From the NCBI GenBank assembly GCA_963793425.1, contig CAWCAG010000009.1, positions 1 through 64,000 of the forward strand: a stretch of DNA of 64,000 nt, read 5' to 3'. The stretch comes from an uncultured cyanobacterium (lineage in GTDB: Bacteria > Cyanobacteriota > Cyanobacteriia > Cyanobacteriales > CAWCAG01). The number at the start of each line of letters is the position of its first letter. Positions within the stretch are counted from its first letter, which is position 1. The position numbers were made by a program, and so were the translations under genes. The notes beneath the pieces were generated by a model. The model made no database searches. It saw nothing but the letters and a program-made list of their open reading frames with translations, and was not told where the DNA came from. Positions 20,267 through 31,200 of the stretch are shown piece by piece.

Positions 20267-22303
20267 TTGAACCAAAAAGTCCTTGAAAACACCCGTAATG
20301 TTGCCATAGTTGGCCCTTATTCTAGCGGGAAAACCACTTTACTAGAAAGTTTGCTCTTCATCACCGGGGCAATCCCCCGCAAAGGTTCAATCAAAGAAGG
20401 CAACACCGTCGGAGACAATGCCACAGAAGCCAGGGAACACCACATGAGTGTGGAAGTCTCCGCCGCTAGTACAGATTATCAAAATATTAGTTTCACCTTT
20501 CTCGACTGTCCTGGTTCCATTGAATTTGCCCAAGAAACCTATAATACTTTAGTAGGAGCGGGAGCCGCCATTATAGTTTGCGAACCGATTGTTGACAAGG
20601 TTCTTACCCTCGCCCCTTTATGCAAATTCCTTGACGATTGGGAAATTCCTCACCTCGTCTTCATTAACAAAATGGATCGTGCCAATGACCATTTTATGGA
20701 TGTTCTCCATGCCCTGAAAAAAGTTTCTAGTCGCCCCTTAGTACCGCAACAATACCCCATTCGCCCAAATAGGCAACTCCTGGGCTACATTGATTTAGTA
20801 AGTGAACAAGCTTATCATTATCATCAAGGAGATTCTCCCGATCCGGTTCCCCTTCCCGAAGCCCTCAAAGAGGAAGAAAAAGCGGCTAGGGAAGAAATGT
20901 TGGAAACTTTAGCTGACTTTGATGACCATCTTTTAGAAGAACTCCTCGAAGATATTGACCCACCCCAAGAAGAAATTCTCCGTGACCTCAAACAAGATTT
21001 AAGTGCAGACTTAATTGTTCCTGTCTTCTTTGGCATTGCCGAAACCGATTTCGGCTTGCGCCCTTTACTGGATGCCTTAGTTAAAGAAGCCCCTGCACCA
21101 AGTATAACCGCAGAACGTCGCGGCTTCACCCCCAGCAACGACGGCAAACCAAAACTACAAGTACTCAAAACCTACTATACTCCCCAAGGAGGCAAACTTT
21201 CCTTAGTCCGTATCTGGCAAGGCAACTTAACTGAAGGCGCAATCCTTAATAGTGTCCGGGCTGGGGGAATGTATCGCTTAACGGGGCAGCAACAACAATC
21301 CTTAACTCAAGCTTCTGTGGGGGAAATTATTGCCATTTCCCGTTTAGAAGGTATCAACACTGGAGACACCCTCACCACCGATGAAGTCTTACAACCAGAG
21401 GATGAACTCCCCAAAGCAGAAGCAATTGCCCCCGTATATGCCCTTGCCGTTACCCCAGAAAAACGTAAAGATGAAGTTAAACTCAGCAGTGCCATTAGCA
21501 AGCTTTTAGAAGAAGATCCTTCCTTAACCTGGGAACAGCAAGTCGATACTAATGAAGTTATTCTTTGGGGTCAAGGAGAAATTCACCTGCGGGTTTCCTT
21601 AGATCGTTTGCGACGCAAGTATAACCTGCCCATGAACACCCACTTGCCGCAAATTCCTTATAAAGAAACCATCAGTCAAGCTACCAGTTCCCACGGTCGC
21701 TATAAGCATCAAAGCGGTGGTCATGGGGCTTTCGGAGATGTCTATTTAGATATTCGTCCTTTAGGGCGAGGAGAAGGTTTCAATTTTCAGCAAACCATTG
21801 TTGGCGGGGCTGTCCCAAAACAATATATTTCTGGGGTTGAAACCGGGGTTAAGGAATATCTCAACCATGGCCCCTTGGGTTTCCCGGTGGTAGATGTTAG
21901 TGTCACCTTAACCGACGGTTCCCACCACTCTGTTGATAGTTCTGAACAAGCTTTTAAACAAGCGGCACGCATTGCCATGACCGAAGGAATGCCTAGTTGT
22001 AAGCCGATTTTACTTGAACCTATCCTTGCCATTGTAGTCTCTGCCCCCTCTGAGTTCACCTCCAAAGCCTTGCAACTAGTCACAGGCCGCCGGGGACAAA
22101 TTCTCGGTTACGAACCCTTAAGAAACTGGCAAGGATGGGACCAGATAGCAGCCCATTTACCCCAAGCAGAAATGCAAAATTTTATTATTGAATTGCGATC
22201 GCTAACTATGGGAGTCGGCTTTTTCAATTGGCAGTATGACTATCTCCAAGAAGTACCAGGTAAATTAACTGAGAGTGTTTTGAGTAAGGGTGTGGGGGTG
22301 TAG
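20267..22303 (+). CDS. Elongation factor G paralog (EF-G2 type)
   Basis: GPYSSGKTT, DCPG, NKMD, GEIHL, KHQSGGHG, DGSHHSVDSS. Confidence 0.93.
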   Translation: MNQKVLENTRNVAIVGPYSSGKTTLLESLLFITGAIPRKGSIKEGNTVGDNATEAREHHMSVEVSAASTDYQNISFTFLDCPGSIEFAQETYNTLVGAGAAIIVCEPIVDKVLTLAPLCKFLDDWEIPHLVFINKMDRANDHFMDVLHALKKVSSRPLVPQQYPIRPNRQLLGYIDLVSEQAYHYHQGDSPDPVPLPEALKEEEKAAREEMLETLADFDDHLLEELLEDIDPPQEEILRDLKQDLSADLIVPVFFGIAETDFGLRPLLDALVKEAPAPSITAERRGFTPSNDGKPKLQVLKTYYTPQGGKLSLVRIWQGNLTEGAILNSVRAGGMYRLTGQQQQSLTQASVGEIIAISRLEGINTGDTLTTDEVLQPEDELPKAEAIAPVYALAVTPEKRKDEVKLSSAISKLLEEDPSLTWEQQVDTNEVILWGQGEIHLRVSLDRLRRKYNLPMNTHLPQIPYKETISQATSSHGRYKHQSGGHGAFGDVYLDIRPLGRGEGFNFQQTIVGGAVPKQYISGVETGVKEYLNHGPLGFPVVDVSVTLTDGSHHSVDSSEQAFKQAARIAMTEGMPSCKPILLEPILAIVVSAPSEFTSKALQLVTGRRGQILGYEPLRNWQGWDQIAAHLPQAEMQNFIIELRSLTMGVGFFNWQYDYLQEVPGKLTESVLSKGVGV

Positions 22304-22305
22304 GG

Positions 22306-22338
22306 TAAGTAATAAGTAATAAGTAATAAGTAATAAGT
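22306..22338 (+). repeat. Heptamer short tandem repeat (STRR)
   Basis: (TAAGTAA)n; the same family in reverse at 2843-2875 and 3555-3595. Confidence 0.85.
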
Positions 22339-22384
22339 TTTGCATTGACTTTTACCTATTACCTATTACCTGTTACCTATACGT

Positions 22385-23962
22385 TTAGTTAGTAGCAACC
22401 AACTCTTTTGTTTTGACTAATTGTTCCCGGAAGAACTCTTCTAGAGGATCTATATGCACATCCTCAAACCACTCACTCGCTATATCTTCAATAACATGGT
22501 GTTCTGCCACTAGTTCATCGCCGCAATAGCGTCTGACAATGGGATGAATGCCAGAACTGAGGGCAGCTTGATTAGCATCATCTTTGTGGATACGATCAAC
22601 AGCAAAGGGATCAGGACTTTCGTTGATGATATCCAAACCAAACTCTAGGGTAATCACATAATAGTGGTCATGCTTACCTAAATCACTATCATGAACATAA
22701 TCAATAGGTAAGTCTTCATGATATTGTGCCTCTTGCCCTTCCCCAGGTACAATCACTGTGTCACAGAGAAACCCAGTTTGTTGCCACAGTGCCGAAGTTA
22801 TGTTCACTCTGTCGAGAATTGCTTTGGTTAAGCTTTCTGGGGTGGTAGCTACGGGTTGGTAAGGTAAGGGCTGATTGTAATACTTACTTTCTAGAATCTT
22901 GTGCAGGGCTTTAATGTTGTAGCGGAAGCCATGAATAAAGCCGGATTGCTTCTTCTTGTAATCCCGCATATGCATCAGCACCCCAATGAAGTACAAATCC
23001 TTAACATTGGTGGATTCCCAATCACTAGTTTGTGCTGGAAAACGGTCATTATAAGCTAGTTCAGGCTTGCAAGACTCTTCAAAAAGAGAATCATCAAAGC
23101 TGAACCCGGCACATAAAATAACCCGATCATAAACTAAGTCTTCAATCTCTCCATTCGCATGGGTATAATCGAAAGTAACCACATACTTACCATCGTCTTG
23201 AGGCTTAATTTCCAGAACTTTGGCATCGAGAACCACATTTTGAGACTTGAGTTGATAGGTGTCGAGGAAGTTGTTGTTGACAGCCCGTAAATGGCCAACA
23301 TACTTGGTTTTCCAAGCCATGGAAACGGGATTAGGGCTGACAATGTGGGTTAAAGCTGTGGTTCCCATTAAATGTTCCGCAGTCTCAAATCCTGAGTTTC
23401 CTTTACCAATAATCAGTACTTTCTCATTGGCGAAATCTTCTGGATCTAGGGAGACATCGGTATAGTTTTCGGCAAACTCAATACCGGGAACATCAGGGAC
23501 ATAAGGCTTAGCAAAACCAGTAGCCACAATCAAATGCTGGCAGGAATAGACATTGCCGTTGCTGTCAATAACCAAAAAGCCATCATTTTTCGCAATCCTA
23601 ACTACCTCAACACCATATTTAATCTTGAGTTGGTAATAGTTGGCAAAATCATCAAGGTATTTGAGGAGATCCTTGGCATCAGGTAAATAGCTGCGGCTGT
23701 AGTTTTTGAACAGCAAATCAGGATTATCGCTTAGTAGAGAATTCCAATCCCAACGTAGGTTGATTTCCGGATCGTCATAACCAGTATGTACTTTGTTGAT
23801 GGAGATTAAAGTTCTATGGCGGGGAAGGGCTTTGAAGGTATGGCCAGGATTTTCTCCTGCTTCAAGAATTAAATAATCTCGGTTAGTTTTTTCCAAGAAA
23901 TAGCCAAGTTGCAGCCCGGCAGGACCAGCACCGACAATGAGGTAATCCAGTTGTTTAAGCAT
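22385..23962 (-). CDS. FAD/NAD(P)-dependent oxidoreductase (FOXRED2-like)
   Basis: IVGAGPAG, LIVATG, IIGKGNSG, GFIHGFRYN. Confidence 0.85.
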   Translation of the reverse strand: MLKQLDYLIVGAGPAGLQLGYFLEKTNRDYLILEAGENPGHTFKALPRHRTLISINKVHTGYDDPEINLRWDWNSLLSDNPDLLFKNYSRSYLPDAKDLLKYLDDFANYYQLKIKYGVEVVRIAKNDGFLVIDSNGNVYSCQHLIVATGFAKPYVPDVPGIEFAENYTDVSLDPEDFANEKVLIIGKGNSGFETAEHLMGTTALTHIVSPNPVSMAWKTKYVGHLRAVNNNFLDTYQLKSQNVVLDAKVLEIKPQDDGKYVVTFDYTHANGEIEDLVYDRVILCAGFSFDDSLFEESCKPELAYNDRFPAQTSDWESTNVKDLYFIGVLMHMRDYKKKQSGFIHGFRYNIKALHKILESKYYNQPLPYQPVATTPESLTKAILDRVNITSALWQQTGFLCDTVIVPGEGQEAQYHEDLPIDYVHDSDLGKHDHYYVITLEFGLDIINESPDPFAVDRIHKDDANQAALSSGIHPIVRRYCGDELVAEHHVIEDIASEWFEDVHIDPLEEFFREQLVKTKELVATN

Positions 23963-24035
23963 AGATGTTAAATGTTGTAGTAGGCTCTGATGAATGGGAG
24001 ATGTTCGTTCTACTCAATAAACCTTTTCTCGCCGA

Positions 24036-24065
24036 CAGAAATTAGCAAACCGTTGCTAATTTCTG
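24036..24065. other. Perfect 13-bp hairpin upstream of the oxidoreductase
   Basis: CAGAAATTAGCAA-ACCG-TTGCTAATTTCTG. Confidence 0.6.
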
Positions 24066-24320
24066 CCAGATCACAGATTGTTACCTGAATATCTTGAGTT
24101 TGGGGTCATAACGAGAAAATTTATTTGAGTTACGGAGCAGTTTAAAAGGTCTATGTTTGCGTAATGTTTGCCTAAACGTTTGCGAGACGTATATTTTAAT
24201 GTTTGTTTTCTTCGAAGCTAAAACAAAAAAAACCACCGAAGAGTGTGCTTACTCTTTGCTGGGCTTTAGTTTGAGGGGCAGAAATTTACTCCCCTCAAAA
24301 ATTAATTCGCAAAAAAAAGT

Positions 24321-25043
24321 TTAAGAAAGACAGGGCAATGACGAAACCTGACTTTTTTTGGCGAAGGCTAATAATTCTTGGGTTAACTCAGTGAAAATAG
24401 CAAAAACCCTTGCCACCAGTTCAAAGGCTTTGGTTGTGTTTTGTACCGATAGCTGAATAGTCTCTAAAACGGTTTCTATGTTCTCTACACCCGTTAAATG
24501 TCCTGTCTCAAAACTCAAGTGAAAACGTCCGAAGTAGCGATATTCTTGTTGAGTAATCTCTTGTAGTTCTTGAGCAACAGCCGCAGTATTACTAAACATG
24601 ACAACCCCCGCTGCTTCAATGGCTTCGCTAACTGCTAGCTTGAGGTTAATATCTAGTTTTTCTGCTTTAAAGATACACTGTTCCAGTAAATGAGAAACAC
24701 GACGGGCAGCTTTAGTTTCTTCTCCCCAAAGAAAAGTCAAGGTTGCGTTGAAATCTTGCTTTTGATTGAAGCCGAGTTTCTCTAAATCTTCTAGAAACCA
24801 ACGCCAGTGGCGTTCATCTTCATAGGTGTGGTTGTTGATCAGTTGCTGAATGGGATTTTGGTTAGCTTCCTGGCGTAAGACATACTTGTTGAAATCGCTG
24901 AAATCCATAATAAAAGGGGCTACACAAGGGGCAAAAGCTAATCTTTTTTGGGGGCTAATACTTTTGTCTTGCAGGTATATCATCAGGGGTAGCTGCCTAA
25001 ATTCTTGTTGCTTTTGGTCAATAAAAGCAAGAACTTCTTTCAT
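24321..25043 (-). CDS. Heme-oxygenase-like diiron enzyme, AetD-like, paralog 2
   Basis: HTYEDERHW, EAIEAAG and HLSFETGH metal-ligand motifs; 240 aa. Confidence 0.75.
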   Translation of the reverse strand: MKEVLAFIDQKQQEFRQLPLMIYLQDKSISPQKRLAFAPCVAPFIMDFSDFNKYVLRQEANQNPIQQLINNHTYEDERHWRWFLEDLEKLGFNQKQDFNATLTFLWGEETKAARRVSHLLEQCIFKAEKLDINLKLAVSEAIEAAGVVMFSNTAAVAQELQEITQQEYRYFGRFHLSFETGHLTGVENIETVLETIQLSVQNTTKAFELVARVFAIFTELTQELLAFAKKSQVSSLPCLS

Positions 25044-25205
25044 AATTGATTCTCCTGGTGTAGGTTGACTTTGAGGTTAAGTTCTTTAGCATTTGCACCC
25101 ATATTAAACTTAACCAGAAAGGTTGCAGTCTTTACCTATTCAGAGTTCCCGAAAAGTAGCAGCAATCTCTGATCTGAAGGTGAGATTGCTGCGGAAAAGT
25201 AAGGT

Positions 25206-25928
25206 TTAGTTGAGATGAGAGGATAGAGATTTTTGGTTGTTTTTCGCAAAAGCTAGTAACTCGTGAGTTAATTCTGCGAAGATATCAAAAACCCTCTCCA
25301 CCAGTTCAAAAGCTTTGATTCTACTCTGGGGTGATAACTGAATTTTCTCTAAAACAGTTTCTACGTTATCTGTACCAGTTAAGTGTCCTGTTTCTAAATC
25401 TAAGTGAAAACGTCCGAAGTAACGGTAGTCTTTTTGGGTGATTTTTTGTAGTTCTTGGGCCACAGCGGTGGTGTTGCCGAACATAACTACCCCAGTTGCT
25501 TCAATCGCTTCGCTAACAACGATCCTCAAGTTGGGATCAGCTTGTTCTGCTTCTAGTAAACATTGTTCTAGTTGCTGACAAACATGACGGGAAACCGTGG
25601 TGTCTTTTCCCCAGAGAAACTTCAAAATATCACTCATTTTTTCTTCCCCATCAAAGCCTAGTTTTTCTAAGTCTTCAATAAACCAATACCAGTGGCGTTC
25701 ATCTTCATGGGTATGCTTATTGATCAGTTTTTGGGCAGGAACTGAAGAAGATTCTTGGCGTAATACATACTTGTTGAAATGCCTGAATTCCATGGCAAAA
25801 GGAGCAATACAAGGAGCAAAAGCTAGCCTCTTTTGGGGACTAATACTTTGGTCTTGTAAGTAAGCCATTAAGGGTAACTGGCTGAATTCTTCTTTCTTCT
25901 GTTCAATAAAGCTAAGGACATCTTTCAT
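25206..25928 (-). CDS. Heme-oxygenase-like diiron enzyme, AetD-like, paralog 1
   Basis: HTHEDERHW, EAIEATG, HLDLETGH; colinear tandem paralog of 24321..25043. Confidence 0.75.
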   Translation of the reverse strand: MKDVLSFIEQKKEEFSQLPLMAYLQDQSISPQKRLAFAPCIAPFAMEFRHFNKYVLRQESSSVPAQKLINKHTHEDERHWYWFIEDLEKLGFDGEEKMSDILKFLWGKDTTVSRHVCQQLEQCLLEAEQADPNLRIVVSEAIEATGVVMFGNTTAVAQELQKITQKDYRYFGRFHLDLETGHLTGTDNVETVLEKIQLSPQSRIKAFELVERVFDIFAELTHELLAFAKNNQKSLSSHLN

Positions 25929-26028
25929 GGAAACTTTACACCCTAATTTCGCGGATTTTTAAATCAATTCTTAGTATAGCGGGGGAAAAAAAATCGGCAA
26001 GGGGGAGGGGGAAGAACTAAGATTGTCT

Positions 26029-27480
26029 TTAAAGCCCAAACAAACTTTTAAACCTTTTACGTACCCAACTAACAGGATTGTTTTCATCTTCTCCTGGCGT
26101 ACCTAATTCTTTTAATTGAACTTGCCGCTGGCTCAATTCTTCTTGATGTTTCTCTAGTTCTTTAACAACTACCTCTAATAAATCTGGGTGTTGATGCAGC
26201 AACTTTTTAAAGGATTTATGGTTAATCACAAATAAAATTGTCTCTTCTTTTGCTCTCACAGAAGCGGTACGAGGAACCCCTAACATCAAAGCTAACTCTC
26301 CTAAAAAATCACCAGCACAAAGAGTGGTAAGATGTTTAGCTATTTTTTCTACGAATACTTCTACTGAACCAGAAAGAACAATATAAAAAGCATCTCCTGC
26401 ATCTCCTTCTTGAAATAGTAAATGCTGAGCAGATAAGCGTTTACGATAGCCGACTTCAATCAGTTTTCGTAACTCTAAATCAGTAAAGTTCTGAAAATAT
26501 TTTACCTGACGTAGCAACTCTTTGAGGGGAAGGGGGGAATTTTGAGATTTGCCGACAGGAGACGGTGCTAAAGTGACTTCTCGACTCTCTTTTTGCTGGG
26601 TTTGTAAAGAAGTTAATACCTCTGGATTGCGTAGCCATAAATCTCTCTGAGGAAAAGGAACTGTAATTCCTGAAGCACGAAGATTATACTCAATAATGAA
26701 ATTTAAGGAGCTTCTGATTTCTGGTTCTTGATCAATTCTATCAACCCAGACACGAAGCTCAAAGTTAAGGGAATTGTCACCAAAATTTTGAAAAATTACT
26801 TTAGTTGCTGGTTCAGCTAAAATCCGAGGTTCCATATAAGCTGAATTAAGTAAAATTTCGGTGACTATAACTGGGTCGCTATCGTAAGCTACTCCCACTG
26901 GAATATCAATGCGACCAATATAGCTTTCATAACTCCAATTAATAATCTTGCTTTCAACTAAAGTGCTATTAGGAACTAAAACATCTCCTCCTTCTCTAGT
27001 ACGAATAATTGTTGAACGCAAGGATATTGCTTTGATGTAACCTGATAAGCCATCAAATTCGACAAAATCTCCTACCTTCAAACTTCTTTCAAAAAGCAAG
27101 GTTAAACCACTCACAAAGTCTTTGGTAAGATCCTGCAATCCAAAACCAATTCCTACTCCTAAACCTCCTGCTATAACAGCAAGGGAAGCAAGATTAAAGC
27201 CGGTGGTTTGTAAGACTGTAATCAAGCCAATTGTACCTAAGCTATAACTGATTATGGTTGATAAAGCTTCTCTATTTCCTTCGTCAATACCTAGTTTGAG
27301 TAATAACCTATTTCTCAGAAATCTCTTGACAATACGAATTAAGAAAAGTACAACTAATGAAGAGAATATTAATTGGAAGATTGAACTTAAAGAAATGTAA
27401 GTATCGCCGACTTTGAGGATGTTGCTGTTAAAGATATGTAGAGACTGTCTAAGAAAACTTTCAAGTAGCTGCTGCATCAA
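26029..27480 (-). CDS. MscS mechanosensitive channel with C-terminal cNMP-binding domain
   Basis: GLGVGIGFGLQ, VPFPQRD, FLGELAL...PRTASV. Confidence 0.93.
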   Translation of the reverse strand: MMQQLLESFLRQSLHIFNSNILKVGDTYISLSSIFQLIFSSLVVLFLIRIVKRFLRNRLLLKLGIDEGNREALSTIISYSLGTIGLITVLQTTGFNLASLAVIAGGLGVGIGFGLQDLTKDFVSGLTLLFERSLKVGDFVEFDGLSGYIKAISLRSTIIRTREGGDVLVPNSTLVESKIINWSYESYIGRIDIPVGVAYDSDPVIVTEILLNSAYMEPRILAEPATKVIFQNFGDNSLNFELRVWVDRIDQEPEIRSSLNFIIEYNLRASGITVPFPQRDLWLRNPEVLTSLQTQQKESREVTLAPSPVGKSQNSPLPLKELLRQVKYFQNFTDLELRKLIEVGYRKRLSAQHLLFQEGDAGDAFYIVLSGSVEVFVEKIAKHLTTLCAGDFLGELALMLGVPRTASVRAKEETILFVINHKSFKKLLHQHPDLLEVVVKELEKHQEELSQRQVQLKELGTPGEDENNPVSWVRKRFKSLFGL

Positions 27481-27667
27481 ATAAAAATAAATTTATTTTA
27501 TTATTTCACTTTCGCGAACAATTCTGTTGTATAATTACTGTATCATAATGGGAATATCAACTCTCAAATTTTGTCGCCACCACTTCCATCATGAAAGTAA
27601 CTACTTACAGTTAACATATTACCATAAAACTGGTCTTAAATAATTGAAAAAACCACCTAATGTATAA

Positions 27668-29920
27668 TCATTTGATTAAGGAAGATTTATAAAGCTCATT
27701 CAACTTACTTGCTACTTCCGGTGGCACAGAAGTAAAGGCAATATAAAAGCTATCCGATGAGCTAACCTTGTCAAGAACTTTAGCATAAATATCTTCTTTT
27801 TCTTCTTCCAGACTAACATCAAGCAAATTCAGCTTAACATTAGAAAGCAAAGAAGGAATATGTTCTTTTTGATTAGTTTGAGAAACAATCTTAGCGCTTT
27901 TTTGAGATAATTCTCTAACCTCACCTTGAAAAACGTTCTCTCCTAAGTGCTTACCTTCCAAAATTGTATACTCAACAGGCAGAGAATTAGGAAGTTTCAA
28001 AAAGGTTTCTTCTTGTTGAGCTAACACAAGATTGTAGGGTTTACCTATGCCCATAATCTCATAAATATTAATCGGCCGTTTCACTCCCTTTGGTTGGACT
28101 TGTTTCTGCTGATTAATCTTAATTTCTGTAGCATTAGCCTCATTTAAAGTTGATTGAGAAACGAGAATTTGCCCACCAATGGTATAGGATTCAATGCGAT
28201 AGGTTAAATTCACTTGGTTTCCTACCACCCCATATTTAGTTCGTCTTTCTGAGCCAATATTACCAACAACAACTTCCCCGGTATTAATGCCAATACCCAT
28301 TTCCAAAGAACGCAAACCCCACTCCTGCATTTTATGATTAATAGGAGTCATCGCTAACTGCATATCAACAGCACAGGCGATCGCCCTGGTCGCATCATCA
28401 ACCCTTGCTGTTGGTGCGCCAAACAGAACTAAAATACCATCCCCCATAAACTCATCAATCGTACCTTGATACTTGGTGATAATATCGGCCATAACACCAA
28501 GATAGAAATTGAGAATCTTCACCACTTCTTCTGGAGGTAATCTTTCTGAGGTGGAAGTAAACCCCCGTAAATCTGAGGTGAGGATCGTAATTTTGCGCCT
28601 CTCTCCCCCCATTTTTAAGCCTTCAGGACTTTCAAGTAAGCTAGCAACTACTTCATTATTAAGATAGCGTCCGAAGGTTTGACGAATTGCTCCGGCAGTA
28701 TAGGCAATATAGCCTGTAATAAAGGCCGCAGAGGTGATTAAAGCAACGAAAGGTGGTACAAGCGGAATCCACCAACCTAATAAAAAAGCACCATAGCTAC
28801 TACCAACCAAAATTAATGCAGCAACAACATGAGTACTTAAAGAGAAAAAAACAATCTTACCCACAGAACGCAATTGCCAAGTTAAGTACGCCCCAACCAA
28901 AGCCCAAAAACCAATCCAGAATAACTCTAAGGGTTCTGCCCAAGTTTTAATTAAAGGGCGATCTTCAAGGACGCTACCAATAATTTGACTAGCCAAATGA
29001 GCATGAACTTCTACCCCAGCCATAGACTCAGGAAAATCTAGTAAACTACTACTATAAGGGGTAAAAAAAGAATCCTTAGAACTTTCTCCTACCGCACCAA
29101 TGAGAATCAAGCGATCGCGGCCCCAATCAGAAGGTACTCGCTCAGCTAAGACATCCCGAAGAGAAACAGTCTCAAAGTACTTATTACCACCGCGATAGTT
29201 CAACATCACCTGATACCCCCCATCATCGGCTCTAACGTAACCGCCATAATTACTAGTAAAGGGGAGTAAAACTGTTTCTTTCAACTTCAACAAATCACCT
29301 TCAGGAGTTTCCACTATCTCCAAAGAAATCCCTTCTTGCTCAAGATAAAGTGCTGCTAAATAGAAACCAAAACTAGGAATTGAGTTACCTTCGCGATCGC
29401 TAAGATAAATCAGGGTGCGACGCACTCGCCCATCACTATCTAAAATTAAATCATTAGCCCCCACCTGTTCCTTCTCTTTCAAAATCGGCGGGGGAGCAAC
29501 TGCCTCTAAACCTTGATCGCCAATAACCTTTTCTATACCAATAATATTATCAAAATTAGCAAAAACCTCCGCAAGCTCTTCTTCTCCTTCTCCCACAGGA
29601 ATATCTCGATAAATATCTAAACCAATCGCCCTAGGTTGCATTGCTTGCAACTTTTGTAGCAATTCAGCATAAATAGAATCAGGAAGAATTGCTTTATTAA
29701 ATTCTTGAATATCAGCCTCATCAATACCCACAATGACAATGCTATTATCTCTTGCTTCTGGAGGGCGCACACGCATATACAAATCAAAAAAGCCCCACTC
29801 TAAACCTTGTAACAAGCCGATGTAGCGTATCAAAATAACTAAAAGGGCCACAGAAGGAGCAACAATCCACACCCCTCTTGCTCGCCACAATAGCTTTCTG
29901 AGGCTAGTCCATGTTGTCAT
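27668..29920 (-). CDS. CHASE2-domain adenylate/guanylate cyclase
   Basis: IVIVGIDE, IGLDIYRD, GVEVHA; SDLRGFT, DEFMGDGI, GINTGEVVVGNIGS. Confidence 0.95.
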   Translation of the reverse strand: MTTWTSLRKLLWRARGVWIVAPSVALLVILIRYIGLLQGLEWGFFDLYMRVRPPEARDNSIVIVGIDEADIQEFNKAILPDSIYAELLQKLQAMQPRAIGLDIYRDIPVGEGEEELAEVFANFDNIIGIEKVIGDQGLEAVAPPPILKEKEQVGANDLILDSDGRVRRTLIYLSDREGNSIPSFGFYLAALYLEQEGISLEIVETPEGDLLKLKETVLLPFTSNYGGYVRADDGGYQVMLNYRGGNKYFETVSLRDVLAERVPSDWGRDRLILIGAVGESSKDSFFTPYSSSLLDFPESMAGVEVHAHLASQIIGSVLEDRPLIKTWAEPLELFWIGFWALVGAYLTWQLRSVGKIVFFSLSTHVVAALILVGSSYGAFLLGWWIPLVPPFVALITSAAFITGYIAYTAGAIRQTFGRYLNNEVVASLLESPEGLKMGGERRKITILTSDLRGFTSTSERLPPEEVVKILNFYLGVMADIITKYQGTIDEFMGDGILVLFGAPTARVDDATRAIACAVDMQLAMTPINHKMQEWGLRSLEMGIGINTGEVVVGNIGSERRTKYGVVGNQVNLTYRIESYTIGGQILVSQSTLNEANATEIKINQQKQVQPKGVKRPINIYEIMGIGKPYNLVLAQQEETFLKLPNSLPVEYTILEGKHLGENVFQGEVRELSQKSAKIVSQTNQKEHIPSLLSNVKLNLLDVSLEEEKEDIYAKVLDKVSSSDSFYIAFTSVPPEVASKLNELYKSSLIK

Positions 29921-29957
29921 ATCAGATCGGTGTTTAGGGGCATGACTTATCTGTTAG

Positions 29958-30020
29958 CAGGGGGCTGGGGAGATGGGGAGCTAGGGGGCTAGAGAGCTGG
30001 GGAGCTAGGGAGATGGGAGC
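29958..30020 (+). repeat. G-rich short tandem repeat
   Basis: Imperfect GGGGAGCT(A/G) units. Confidence 0.7.
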
Positions 30021-30040
30021 AGGCTACAACTAACGCACCC

Positions 30041-30149
30041 TACTGGCATGACACAGCTAAAGTAGTGCAATAGATTATCACTTAGAAACATGAATAAAAA
30101 CAGTATGACTCTTTTTCTAAAGCATCATTTTAGGCGTGTCACGCCACTA
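30041..30149. mobile_element. 109-bp MITE-like element
   Basis: Terminal IR TACTGGCATGACACAGCTAAA versus reverse complement TAGTGGCGTGACACGCCTAAA (17/21); related half-site near 33468. Confidence 0.5.
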
Positions 30150-30208
30150 CGCGAACACTAATGGCTGCTAATCGGCATCATAACTGATAACTGTTTACTG
30201 TTTGCTGA

Positions 30209-30982
30209 TTAGTTTTCTGTTGCTATGCTTTCTTCTGTCACTTCTTCAATTTCTACCACAGGAAACTCGGACAAATCTGCTAATTCAACAGAAGTAAGAA
30301 ACTCTCGCCATTTTTGGGGATATTCTTCTCGCAGAGACAAAATACTTAACAAAGTTTCATTCCAGGCCCTGGCATTAGCATAGAATTCCACCTTTTTAAA
30401 AGACTCTTCTCGTTCAACTTCTAGAGATTCAGCTAATTCTTGACGTTCCAATAATCCTCTCACCACTTCATCTTTACTCCTATCTTGGAAATCACAAACC
30501 AGTGCCAAAGACCAAGAATAATTAGTTCCTTTTTTCAACTCTAACTCTTCAGGGAGTTCAAGCTTGACAATATTCTCTCCTTCGGGAAGTTCAAAGGTGG
30601 CAAAGTAAACTTCTTGACTCACATCCTGGTTAACAATCACAAACTCTGCTTCTTCAGCTGTAGTTTCTGGGACAAACCAGAACATATTAGGATTAGGAGC
30701 AATAGTTGTACCAACATTATTCTTGGGCATCAATACCGTAAGACGTGGCTTACTCGTATCAACGCAAAGCCCCCCAGAAGGTACACCAGAGCGTCTTCCT
30801 GCCCCTGCTGTACGATTAGGGCTACCTCGCCTCTCATCCCCAGAGGGGAATTTGAGAGCAATTTCTCCTGTAGATGTAGTTTGAGATAAATTTGAGGATA
30901 ATATACTAGCAGCAACACTAGAAACAGGTGCAAAGCAGCCAAGTATAATTCCCAAGAAAAGTATTGATTGGCGAAGATTCAT
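30209..30982 (-). CDS. DUF928 domain protein
   Basis: RTAGAGRR, LMPKNNVGTT...WFVP, YSWSLALVC, YANARAWNE. Confidence 0.9.
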   Translation of the reverse strand: MNLRQSILFLGIILGCFAPVSSVAASILSSNLSQTTSTGEIALKFPSGDERRGSPNRTAGAGRRSGVPSGGLCVDTSKPRLTVLMPKNNVGTTIAPNPNMFWFVPETTAEEAEFVIVNQDVSQEVYFATFELPEGENIVKLELPEELELKKGTNYSWSLALVCDFQDRSKDEVVRGLLERQELAESLEVEREESFKKVEFYANARAWNETLLSILSLREEYPQKWREFLTSVELADLSEFPVVEIEEVTEESIATEN

Positions 30983-31200
30983 AAGAGACTTTACTCCTTA
31001 AAATAGCTGAAGAATTATAAGTTAAATATTGGTAGGTATGCACTTGGTTTAAATATAGTAACTTCAAGGTTACAGCTTGGTAGTATTGATGCTAATTCTC
31101 GGTACAATTCGTAATTTTTATTTGATTAAGGTTTAGATACACCGCGCAACAAAACATTTCCGGATCTATCAACCAGCAATAAAGATTAGTTTGAAGATTA

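Noticed and set aside
24071..24109. 12-codon minus-strand ORF MTPNSRYSGNNL as a RiPP precursor or leader peptide
   Set aside because: Too short, with no clear RBS or recognisable leader; could be chance
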